A DNA stretch of 64,000 nt from an uncultured Candidatus Saccharibacteria bacterium (lineage in GTDB: Bacteria > Patescibacteriota > JACPGU01), in assembly GCA_964355795.1 (NCBI GenBank), contig CAYHEQ010000001.1:9849-73848 (forward strand). The letters run 5' to 3'. Shown here piece after piece: positions 43,310 through 52,068 of this stretch (positions are counted from its first letter, which is position 1; every line of letters starts with the position of its first letter). The position numbers and the translations under genes are program-made. The notes beneath the pieces were generated by a model. The model saw only the letters and a program-made list of their open reading frames with translations, made no database searches and was not told the origin of the DNA.

Positions 43310-45253
43310 CTAATTTCTGTATATTTTATCTACTAGCCCCAATTTAACAAGACGCGACCTGATAGATCCTTTTGTTCTTTCAAACATGGTTGCAAGATTG
43401 ACGGTAGATTTACCTTCTCTAAAAAGCTTTGTTAATTTTTCATCCTGCGCTTCATCCCATGGCAAGTAAGCGCTTGGATGCTTTTCTCGCATTTCATCAA
43501 GATCAACTTTCTTGTCAGTAATTGCTTTTCGTTCTTCTCCTATCAACATTCTCGCAATTCGTAATTCTTCATATGAATATTTCCCATTAAATTTTTCAAA
43601 AACCGGCGAGAGCCTCATCGTATCAAGCTCTCTAAATGTTGCTTGTATTTGCGAAATATTTTTGGCTAGAGAATCCGAAACCAAACGAGCAAAGACATCA
43701 GCAAGGAGTATTTTCTCCCCTTCTACTAAATGTTCTATGTGATCTAATATCGTTCGCTCGTGGAGAGAACGCACTTTGGCTATTTCAATAATATTTTTGC
43801 CCTCCAACCATAGTTTCAGGGTTTCTTGGTATGTATCTGTTTTCTTTTTCTTGACCTTCAGAGAGTGCTGGTTGTTTTCTGCCAATGGCGTAATATGTCC
43901 GCCACAAGCAATGATAAAGTTTTCATGCGTTTTAACCAATTCTGTCTGATTGACCAAAGAATATCTCCTTTCTACTTCAAAAGATGCCTGGCGAAATGAA
44001 TTATCTTGAGTCAAAACATCCGGACTCACTCGAAAAGCCATTTCATTCCAGCCGAGAAGATGGACACCAGAAAGTCGTCGCACGCGAGAAAGCGCCACAT
44101 ACCCCTGTCCAAATTCAAAAACACCCGAGAGATCCATCACCGCTTCGTCCAAACTCATGCCCTGACTTTTGTGCACAGTAATGGCCCATGCGAGACGCAA
44201 TGGCAGTTGAGTGAGACGCGCGCGCGCTTCACCGCCTACCTCTATCGTCCAATCCATCGGCTTAACGAGAATATGCCTGCCATTTTTTGTTTTAACTACC
44301 GGATGCCCGTTCTCCTCATTAAATGATGCAACTACTCCCAGAGTACCATTGGCAAATCCTTCGCGAGGATTATTTTTTGTGAACATCACCACCGCGCCTT
44401 TTTTCAAATGTAATATCTCCGGCGAAAGACAACCCTTTTTCATTGATGCGACCAATGATTTATGCCCCCTTGAACCCATCGTAAAGGTATGATTGTTGTC
44501 AGTAAGATTCCCCAACATCATATCGTTAATTCGATCCACATCGGCATTATGTGAAAAAAGTTTCGTCATACCATCCGACAACATATCGCGCGTCACTTTT
44601 CTTTCTTTAATATGCTTGAAATGATTTTCGTCAAAATTATTTCGCCTGATAGCCGATAGTAAAGAAAGAAATACAGGATCATCCTGACGATACTGCTCGT
44701 CCAAATAACAAGTAGTTAGCTCCGCTTTTTCCCAAGCAGGCGAAGCGTAAGCAAAAGGACTTTCCTCCTCATCGCCCAAAAATGTCGTTTGCCTATTCAT
44801 ACTTTCATCTTTTCTAACAATAGGCGGGAGCTGAAAAAAATCACCTACCAAAACTATCTGCATACCACCAAATGGTTTTTCTTTGTTTTTGATAGCTCGG
44901 CATACCATATCCACCATAGTAAGCGTTGTCGCCGACAACATAGATACTTCGTCAATGACGAGAACTCGCGCATCCTCAATACGATCGGTAATATATTTGC
45001 TTGAGACAATATCGTTAATATCGCTTTTGCTTAGTTTATCTTTGATGCCAATCCCCGACCACGAATGGATGGTCATCCCGCCAAGATGCGTCGCTGCGAT
45101 ACCTGTTGAAGCTGTAATTGCTGGCTCTATTTTATAAGAACGCAAATACCGCACATATTCATTAACAGTATGTGTCTTGCCACTCCCAGGTTCTCCAGTC
45201 AAAAAAACATTGGCCCCAGATTTCAATATATTCAGAGCTTGATCTTGTGTCAT
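43310..45253 (-). CDS. Pif1/RecD-like superfamily 1 helicase with C-terminal HTH region
   Basis: GEPGSGKTH Walker A, VLVIDEVSM Walker B, FFQLPPI Pif1 motif, GDFFQL. 647 aa. Confidence 0.75.
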   Translation of the reverse strand: MTQDQALNILKSGANVFLTGEPGSGKTHTVNEYVRYLRSYKIEPAITASTGIAATHLGGMTIHSWSGIGIKDKLSKSDINDIVSSKYITDRIEDARVLVIDEVSMLSATTLTMVDMVCRAIKNKEKPFGGMQIVLVGDFFQLPPIVRKDESMNRQTTFLGDEEESPFAYASPAWEKAELTTCYLDEQYRQDDPVFLSLLSAIRRNNFDENHFKHIKERKVTRDMLSDGMTKLFSHNADVDRINDMMLGNLTDNNHTFTMGSRGHKSLVASMKKGCLSPEILHLKKGAVVMFTKNNPREGFANGTLGVVASFNEENGHPVVKTKNGRHILVKPMDWTIEVGGEARARLTQLPLRLAWAITVHKSQGMSLDEAVMDLSGVFEFGQGYVALSRVRRLSGVHLLGWNEMAFRVSPDVLTQDNSFRQASFEVERRYSLVNQTELVKTHENFIIACGGHITPLAENNQHSLKVKKKKTDTYQETLKLWLEGKNIIEIAKVRSLHERTILDHIEHLVEGEKILLADVFARLVSDSLAKNISQIQATFRELDTMRLSPVFEKFNGKYSYEELRIARMLIGEERKAITDKKVDLDEMREKHPSAYLPWDEAQDEKLTKLFREGKSTVNLATMFERTKGSIRSRLVKLGLVDKIYRN

Positions 45254-45304
45254 ACGCCACCATTATACACACAACCCCCTCGCAGATAAAGATAAGCAAC
45301 TATC

Positions 45305-45332
45305 ATTCTCACATTCTTGAGAATGTGAGAAT
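45305..45332. promoter_or_regulatory. Palindromic operator (copy 3), about 50 bp upstream of the Pif1-like helicase gene
   Basis: attctcacattcttgagaatgtgagaat. Confidence 0.7.
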
Positions 45333-45418
45333 GAGTTGTAAAATAACAAAAACGAAAAGATACGCGTGGGCGAGTGAGCAATGTGATATAATTATTACAA
45401 CTAAAACTAAGAGGCTCT

Positions 45419-45883
45419 ATGAACAAAAAAACATTTTGGATTTTGGTTTTTTTCATCCTCCTCTCCCTCATCGGATTGGCAGACTCTATTTACTTAACTT
45501 ACGAACATTATACGGGAGCGCCTCTGGTTTGTATTATAACCCAAGGTTGCGATACCGTCACCACCTCCCCCCAAGCCTATATTTTTGGCGTCTATATCGC
45601 CATTTATGGCGTTATCTATTATTCTCTGATTTTCTTTTTGAGCTTGATGGCAATTACCACCAATTACGCGCGAAGCGCAAATTTCTATAAATTTCTTATC
45701 TTTCTAACCCCCCTCGGTTTCCTCGCCTCTCTCTATTTCCTCTACCTCCAAGCCTTCGTTATTGGCACTTTCTGTACCTGGTGCCTCATCTCGGCTATTG
45801 ATTCAACCCTGCTCTTCATATTGGGACTATATTTAGCAAACGATAACCACCGTAGCCATATTTTCGTGGAAGATAAGCTCTAA
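45419..45883 (+). CDS. Vitamin K epoxide reductase (VKOR) family membrane protein
   Basis: Loop Cys pair (CIITQGCD) and active-site CTWC in a TM helix. Four or five TM segments. Confidence 0.7.
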   Translation: MNKKTFWILVFFILLSLIGLADSIYLTYEHYTGAPLVCIITQGCDTVTTSPQAYIFGVYIAIYGVIYYSLIFFLSLMAITTNYARSANFYKFLIFLTPLGFLASLYFLYLQAFVIGTFCTWCLISAIDSTLLFILGLYLANDNHRSHIFVEDKL

Positions 45884-46074
45884 TTTCTTATTTTCTTAAT
45901 TTTTTATTTTCTTAGCCCTACCGTTTTCCACAAGAAAACTCCCCTTGCGTAAAATCCTTATCGGGTTAAAATGAGAGAGAACACCAGCAATTTGGTAATT
46001 TGTTGTAATTGAGTAACTGATTGCAATTAATTACTATAAATTAGCATCAGTTACCACCAATTACCCGAATCCCC

Positions 46075-48348
46075 ATGCCCAATTTCGTCACCAAAGTCGG
46101 CAAGATCCTCTCCCGTCAGAAATCTCCTGACCGCTACACCCTAGTCTCTATCTTCAAGCCCAAAGATATTGAAGAAAGAAATCATGGCGTGCTTTATTTC
46201 ATCTTGGAAATTCTTTCTCCCGATCCGGCTATGAGCAGGGTCGCCAAGATGATTGAAGATACCGTGATAGAAGAATACTATCAAAATACTTCTAACGGAT
46301 TGACCTCCTTGGAACACGCTCTGAAAAAGGTTAACGACGCTCTAGCCAATTTTGCCGAAGAGGGCGAAGTCGGCTGGGTCGGCAAAATCAATGGCATCAT
46401 CGCCACTTTGGAAGGCAATACCTTGCATCTCACCCAGGCCGGAACAGTTGAGGCCTATATGGTGAGGGGAGGTAAAATGATTCATGTTTCCGAAGGCCTC
46501 TCGTCCGCCGCTGACCGTCCCAATCCTTTGAAAACTTTTGTCAATATCACTTCCGGAGAGCTAGAACTCGGCGATCGCTTGATATTTTCCACCTCCGAAC
46601 TCTTCTACCATTTTTCTCTGGACGACTTGAAGAGAATTGTGGCCAAATTCCCTCCCGCGCAAGCTGCCACCTATGTCGTCAAGGCTTTGCAAAAAGAAGA
46701 GATTGAATGCATCAACACCCTCGTTTTGGAACTCACTACCGAAGAGGCTTTGCATGAGGAAGGTGGTGAAGCGGAAGAGAGGAACGCTATGGCCGAATGG
46801 ATTGGCGAGGAAACTCCAGCGCTACAAAAATATGTCGCCAAGGCTCTGCCGATATTTAATTTCTTGTTGAGAAATTCCAAGAAAGGCTTGACCGAAGGTT
46901 TCAAGAAGTCCAGAGATATTTACAAAGAAAGAATCTCGCCCAATATCAGCAAAATGCATCAGGAGGCCAGTCGCAAGGTGAACGAAAAAGTTTCTGAAAT
47001 CGCGCAGAAAAAAGGCCTCAAGACTCCCGGCCAAGATTTCTGGGATGAGAACGAAAAGTTTTTCAAAAAAGGCGCGAAGGTAGGAGAAAAAGGTCCGCAA
47101 CAAGAGCTTTTTGAAGCGCCCCGTCGCAGTATTTTCGCGCCCGTCACCAAGGTCTTGGTGATTATCAAAATCACTATCTTGAAAGTGAAAGACAGGGGAA
47201 AGGAGCAAAGCCAGCTTTACGCTATTATCGGTATCTTGCTCATTACGGTGATCGTCGTCTCTAGCATTTTTTCCTATCAAAATCGTAAAGCTATCGCCAA
47301 AAGGAATGAGATTGCCCAGAAATATGAACAGATTGCTATCAAAACTGACGCCTCCATCAAGGCTAAAGAATTGGGCGACGAGAAAAAATCTCGCGAGCTT
47401 TTGACCCAAGCTCAAGAAGAAATCAAGGCCATCATTGATTCCAAATATATGGGGAGCGAGATCTCCGTTCTGATTGAGAAAATAGATGCCGAATCAGAAA
47501 AGCTTTTTCTCGTCAAAAGACTAAACGACATCTCCCCCATCGCTAGTTTCACCGCTATTGATCCCACGATCAAAATTGAAGGACTCTACAAAAGTAAAAA
47601 TAAACTCTTCTCCTTTGATAAGGAGAGGAATACCGTCCTCTCTTATTCTCTGGACACAAAAAACGCGACTAAAATCGCTGGCGCTTATTTTGAGGGTAAT
47701 TTGGTTCACCTAACCACGCCTGACAACAAAGATATTGCTCTGATTGCCACCACCAATCCCAATAGCATTTACTCTTACAACGCCGGTTCGGACAAAGTGG
47801 ATAAAAAAGCGCAAATCACTGGAGAGGCTTGGTCAGAAGCCACTGGTATCGGCACTTTCTTCAATAATATTTATCTCCTAGTCCCCAAAGAAAACCAGAT
47901 TTATAAATATGTGGCTCTGACTAATAATTACGGCTCCAAAACGGCCTACCTGAAAAGTAATGAAAATCTCGCTGACGCGGTAGATATGGCTATTGACAGC
48001 AGTATCTACGTCCTAATGAAAGACGGCGCAGTTAATCAATATCTGACTGGTGAGAGAACAGCTTTCAAACTTTCCGCCCTGCCCACCCAGATGAAGAGCA
48101 ATGACCCCGCCAAGATCACGGCGGAGAAATTGCTAGACCCTATTCGCATTATCACTACGAAAGATTTGGGCAGTATTTTCATCGCCGACCGTGGCGCGAA
48201 AAGAGTGGTTGTTTATGACAAAGAGGGCAATTACAAGGCGCAATATATTTCTGACAAATTTAACGACCTGAAAGACATCTGGGTCTCCAAAGAAGATAAC
48301 AAGGTCTATGTTCTCTCTGGCGCGGATGTGTATGAGGTAGGATTATAG
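46075..48348 (+). CDS. Hypothetical membrane protein (cytoplasmic N-domain, one TM segment, extracytoplasmic beta-propeller-like C-domain)
   Basis: 757 aa with TM segment LYAIIGILLITVIVVSSIF near aa 390 and repeated beta-strand-rich C-terminal segments. Confidence 0.5.
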   Translation: MPNFVTKVGKILSRQKSPDRYTLVSIFKPKDIEERNHGVLYFILEILSPDPAMSRVAKMIEDTVIEEYYQNTSNGLTSLEHALKKVNDALANFAEEGEVGWVGKINGIIATLEGNTLHLTQAGTVEAYMVRGGKMIHVSEGLSSAADRPNPLKTFVNITSGELELGDRLIFSTSELFYHFSLDDLKRIVAKFPPAQAATYVVKALQKEEIECINTLVLELTTEEALHEEGGEAEERNAMAEWIGEETPALQKYVAKALPIFNFLLRNSKKGLTEGFKKSRDIYKERISPNISKMHQEASRKVNEKVSEIAQKKGLKTPGQDFWDENEKFFKKGAKVGEKGPQQELFEAPRRSIFAPVTKVLVIIKITILKVKDRGKEQSQLYAIIGILLITVIVVSSIFSYQNRKAIAKRNEIAQKYEQIAIKTDASIKAKELGDEKKSRELLTQAQEEIKAIIDSKYMGSEISVLIEKIDAESEKLFLVKRLNDISPIASFTAIDPTIKIEGLYKSKNKLFSFDKERNTVLSYSLDTKNATKIAGAYFEGNLVHLTTPDNKDIALIATTNPNSIYSYNAGSDKVDKKAQITGEAWSEATGIGTFFNNIYLLVPKENQIYKYVALTNNYGSKTAYLKSNENLADAVDMAIDSSIYVLMKDGAVNQYLTGERTAFKLSALPTQMKSNDPAKITAEKLLDPIRIITTKDLGSIFIADRGAKRVVVYDKEGNYKAQYISDKFNDLKDIWVSKEDNKVYVLSGADVYEVGL

Positions 48349-48369
48349 GGTGATAGTGACTAGCAAATT

Positions 48370-48606
48370 CTATCTTTTTGTAAACCATCCTTCCTGCAAA
48401 ATCCCCGATTGCTTAATAATGCCCTTCATAGTTCTGGGCTTAAAAATCTTAGCTCCATGAAAAGGAACACAAACCTGGCGATACTGACCGCCATATTGGC
48501 CACCATAAAAATAATGGCTTCCCTCTGTATTAATAAGAGAGAAGCCATTTTCTTTTAATTTTCTCACGACATCATTAAATGTCCAATTGAAAATTTTGTT
48601 GGGCAT
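48370..48606 (-). CDS. hicA: HicA-family mRNA interferase toxin
   Basis: LKENGFSLINTEGSHYFY ... VPFHGAKIFKPRTMKGIIKQSGI matches the YcfA/HicA profile. Confidence 0.7.
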   Translation of the reverse strand: MPNKIFNWTFNDVVRKLKENGFSLINTEGSHYFYGGQYGGQYRQVCVPFHGAKIFKPRTMKGIIKQSGILQEGWFTKR

Positions 48607-48612
48607 AATATA

Positions 48613-48948
48613 TCAAGCAGAAGCCAATGACATCCGGCCAAAACTATGCACTGTGGGTGCATTTTCTTTCTCTTTTTTGCTCATTAATTGGTCTTTTTGA
48701 GCCAACGCCCACAGATTTTCATATTCGGTATCTGATTTCTGATTCAGGATATTCGGACGCGCTTTTATCAATTGGGCAGATTTAACATACCCCCTGAGAG
48801 CTTCCATAAGCAATGAATACACTTCCGTGGGGTCGTCTCCTGACTCCACAATATTAAATTCCAAACCAACACCATACCAAGTATTATCTTCCTTGAAAAT
48901 GATATAGCGAACTGAGCCTCTTTCTAAAGTATTCTTATTTTTTGCCAT
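48613..48948 (-). CDS. hicB: HicB-family antitoxin (UPF0150)
   Basis: YIIFKEDNTWYGVGLEFNIVESGDDPTEVYSLLMEALRGYV is the HicB N-domain. Adjacent to hicA. Confidence 0.6.
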   Translation of the reverse strand: MAKNKNTLERGSVRYIIFKEDNTWYGVGLEFNIVESGDDPTEVYSLLMEALRGYVKSAQLIKARPNILNQKSDTEYENLWALAQKDQLMSKKEKENAPTVHSFGRMSLASA

Positions 48949-49004
48949 ATTATGTCCTTTTTATTTACAAAAACATTATACCACGAACATGAGGGGAGAG
49001 CCAA

Positions 49005-50702
49005 TCACATCTTTTTCTTTGGCACGATCCCCAAAAGCCCCAGAGTATTCTCGAGTACTATTTTGGTCGCACGAATCAGCTTCAGCCTCTCGGCTTCTTT
49101 TTCGTCCCCTATTATCCGACAATTGTCGTAAAATTTATGGAAGACTCCCGCCAGTTCATAGGCGTAAGCAGTGATTCTGTGCACTTGAAAGCTCTCTGCA
49201 ATTTCTTGCACTAGTTCCGGCAATTGAATCATCTTTTTGATCAAATCCAATTCGTATTCTGAATTTTGCTCATTGATATTTGTAATTTGTTTGTGTTTTG
49301 CCTGCCTGCGCGGGCGAGCGTTTTGTGTTTTGTGTTTTCTCGCCTTAGCGATTACACTATTTATCCTCGCGCTCGCGTATTGGATATAATGAATCGGGTT
49401 CCTATTGCTTTTTTCCTTAGCCAGCTTCAGGTCAATATCAACATGGGTATTGAAGTCGCGCGAGATGAAAAAATATCGCGCCGCGTCCAAACCAATGTCT
49501 TCCACCACCTCGTCAAGCGTGACGAATGTCCCCTTTCTCTTGCTCATACGAATTTCTTCGCCATCTTTTATGACCCTGACTATTTGAAAAACAATAATTT
49601 TTAGTTGCCCTTTGAAACCCAATATCTCTGTCGCCGCCTGCCAGCGATTGATATATCCGTGGTGATCCGCGCCAACGAAAACTATGACTTCTTGGAATTT
49701 TCTCATCACAAATCTATCGTACAGCAGGGCGATGTCGGACATCAGATAAGTGAAATCTCCGTCTTTGGTGCGCACTACTCGATCTTTGTCATCGCCAAAT
49801 TTTGTGGTTTTCAGCCAATAGGCTTCGTCTTTTTCGTAGACCAAGTTTTTTTTCACGATCTTTTGCCAGACTTTTTCAATCAATTTTCTTTTGAAAAGAG
49901 ATTCTTCCGAGAACCACACATCGTACCTGATGCCAAATTTCCGGCAATCTTTTTTGATGAAGTCAGACAAAATAATATCCGCCGCCAATACGCCCACTTC
50001 ACTTTTGCCCTTTTCTACCCAGCCAATCCCCTTTTTCTTTTTGATCTTGCCCGCGACATATTCTATATATTCGCCCTGATAGATTTCTTCGCCTTCTTTT
50101 TCTTGAACCTCAACCCCCAGTTGTTTCTTGACCGATTTGGTTAGTATATTTTTCACCTGATTGCCGGCATCGTTAATATAATATTCTCGGTGCGTGTCAT
50201 ATCCGGCCATCTCAAGAATCTCCGCCAAAGTATCGCCGGAAAATCCCCCCCGACCGTTACCCAAGGTCATCGGCCCTGTCGGATTGGCGGAAAGGAATTC
50301 CACCATCACCTTTCGGTTTTTTGAAGAAAAACCGTCCTTCGTAGCCTTGCGCGAAGAAGGATTACCCTTTCCGTAGTTTTTCTTGGCTTTCAGTATTTCC
50401 TCCACCGATTTTTCCAAAATCTTCGGCTCTACAAAGAAATTGACAAATCCTCCGCCGGCCACTTCCACTCGAGAAAAATCTCTGATTTTTATCAATTCTG
50501 AAACTAGCGTCTCCGCGATCTCTTTTGGATTTTTGCCTAACTTTTTCCCCAAAGAAAAGGCTACATTACTAGAATAATCTCCGAATTCACTTCTTTCCGG
50601 TATATCCAAAGAATATTCGAGATTTGTAACCTTGAATTTCTTTTTGACAATAGTGTCCAATTGTTTTTTTATCTCCGCTTTCATTATTCTCCTTTGTTCC
50701 AT
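49005..50702 (-). CDS. argS: Arginine--tRNA ligase
   Basis: Class I HIGH-region variant SANPTGPMTLGNGRGG, ArgRS anticodon-binding C-terminal domain. 565 aa. Confidence 0.9.
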   Translation of the reverse strand: MEQRRIMKAEIKKQLDTIVKKKFKVTNLEYSLDIPERSEFGDYSSNVAFSLGKKLGKNPKEIAETLVSELIKIRDFSRVEVAGGGFVNFFVEPKILEKSVEEILKAKKNYGKGNPSSRKATKDGFSSKNRKVMVEFLSANPTGPMTLGNGRGGFSGDTLAEILEMAGYDTHREYYINDAGNQVKNILTKSVKKQLGVEVQEKEGEEIYQGEYIEYVAGKIKKKKGIGWVEKGKSEVGVLAADIILSDFIKKDCRKFGIRYDVWFSEESLFKRKLIEKVWQKIVKKNLVYEKDEAYWLKTTKFGDDKDRVVRTKDGDFTYLMSDIALLYDRFVMRKFQEVIVFVGADHHGYINRWQAATEILGFKGQLKIIVFQIVRVIKDGEEIRMSKRKGTFVTLDEVVEDIGLDAARYFFISRDFNTHVDIDLKLAKEKSNRNPIHYIQYASARINSVIAKARKHKTQNARPRRQAKHKQITNINEQNSEYELDLIKKMIQLPELVQEIAESFQVHRITAYAYELAGVFHKFYDNCRIIGDEKEAERLKLIRATKIVLENTLGLLGIVPKKKM

Positions 50703-50728
50703 CCGCCCACTCTCTTTCCTTTTGAATG

Positions 50729-51910
50729 CTACTTTTTAACTTTCACCATCCGATGCTTGCCAATTTTGATAATTATACCAGCAACGACATCTATGGTTGC
50801 GGTCACGTCTGTTGCCTTCCGCTCGTCAATGCTAACCCCGCCTTGCTGAACCAATCTGCGAGCATCACTTTTGCTAGAAACCTGACCGGTCGCGAAAACT
50901 AGCTCAACAATATTCATTTTGCCACTTTTAACCTTCACCTCTGGCATTTTCACATCCGTTTTCTTCTCGCGAAAAATGGCGTTGAATCTCTCCCCCGCTT
51001 TCTTCGCTTCCTTGTCGCCATAAATAGCGCCCACTAATTTTCCCGCCAAAAGAAATTTCGCGTCACGAGGATTTTTTTGAATATCTTTTTTCGCCTGCGC
51101 CAAATCAATATCTGTCAAAAGCTCATATCCGGACAACATCATCTTATCAGGCCAGCTCATCACTTTGCCAAATATCTCATCAGCGCTGTCTTTGAAGGAG
51201 ACTATATTGCCTTCTGTTTTTCCCATTTTCTTCCCCTCTGCATCTTCCAACAATTTTGTGGTCAAAACATATTTTTCTTTATTCTTCATTTTCTTCATCA
51301 ATGTTCTGCCCGCCAACATATTAAACATCTGATCATTACCCCCTATTTCCATATCCACGTCCATAGTCACCGAATCATAAGCCTGAAATATCGGATAGAG
51401 GAATTCATGAAGCGCAATACTTTTATCTTCCCTAATCCTTTTTTGGAACATCTCTCTCTCAATTAACTGACCGACCGTAAAATGCGATGCCAATTCTAGC
51501 AAATCCACCGGTTTTAATTTGTTGGTCCATTTCTCATTGTAAAGAAAACGCACCTTGGCGCTTTTCAAATTCAAAACGCCACCAATTTGTTTCTTATAGG
51601 CCTTGGCGTTTTCCAGAACTTGCTTGTGGGTCAACGGCTTGCGAGTCGCTGCTTTGTCAGTCGGATCGCCAATCTGGGCAGTGAAATCGCCAATCAAAAT
51701 AATAATCTCATGTCCCATCTGCTGGAATTGTCGCAATTTTCGGAGCTGGATGAGATGCCCTAAATGCAACGAATCCCCCGTCGGATCAATCCCATAATAA
51801 ATCCGCAGTTTCTTGCCGGACTGCAAAGCTTTTTCCACCGCTCCCCTACTCGGATAAATGTTTTCTACTCCCCTTTCCAGAAGAGTTTTTATTTGCGCCT
51901 CTTTTGACAT
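50729..51910 (-). CDS. tyrS: Tyrosine--tRNA ligase
   Basis: YYGIDPTGDSLHLGHL (HIGH), KMGKT (KMSKS), C-terminal S4 domain. Confidence 0.85.
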   Translation of the reverse strand: MSKEAQIKTLLERGVENIYPSRGAVEKALQSGKKLRIYYGIDPTGDSLHLGHLIQLRKLRQFQQMGHEIIILIGDFTAQIGDPTDKAATRKPLTHKQVLENAKAYKKQIGGVLNLKSAKVRFLYNEKWTNKLKPVDLLELASHFTVGQLIEREMFQKRIREDKSIALHEFLYPIFQAYDSVTMDVDMEIGGNDQMFNMLAGRTLMKKMKNKEKYVLTTKLLEDAEGKKMGKTEGNIVSFKDSADEIFGKVMSWPDKMMLSGYELLTDIDLAQAKKDIQKNPRDAKFLLAGKLVGAIYGDKEAKKAGERFNAIFREKKTDVKMPEVKVKSGKMNIVELVFATGQVSSKSDARRLVQQGGVSIDERKATDVTATIDVVAGIIIKIGKHRMVKVKK

Positions 51911-52068
51911 AAAAAATAACTTATTTTTAGTTTCTTATTTTCTCAATTTCTTATTTTCTTATTTTACCATTTTGCTGTATAATAATAAAGAGGCGTAAAT
52001 TGCCTGTTTCGTTTTGATTTTTTATTTTCTTATTTTTTTTAATTTCTTAATTTTTTAGCCCCAAACCC

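Noticed and set aside
46075-48348. PP2C/SpoIIE-type phosphatase assignment for the N-terminal domain of the 757-aa membrane protein
   Set aside because: Only a vague resemblance. The metal-binding Asp motifs could not be located by eye. Left as a hypothetical protein.
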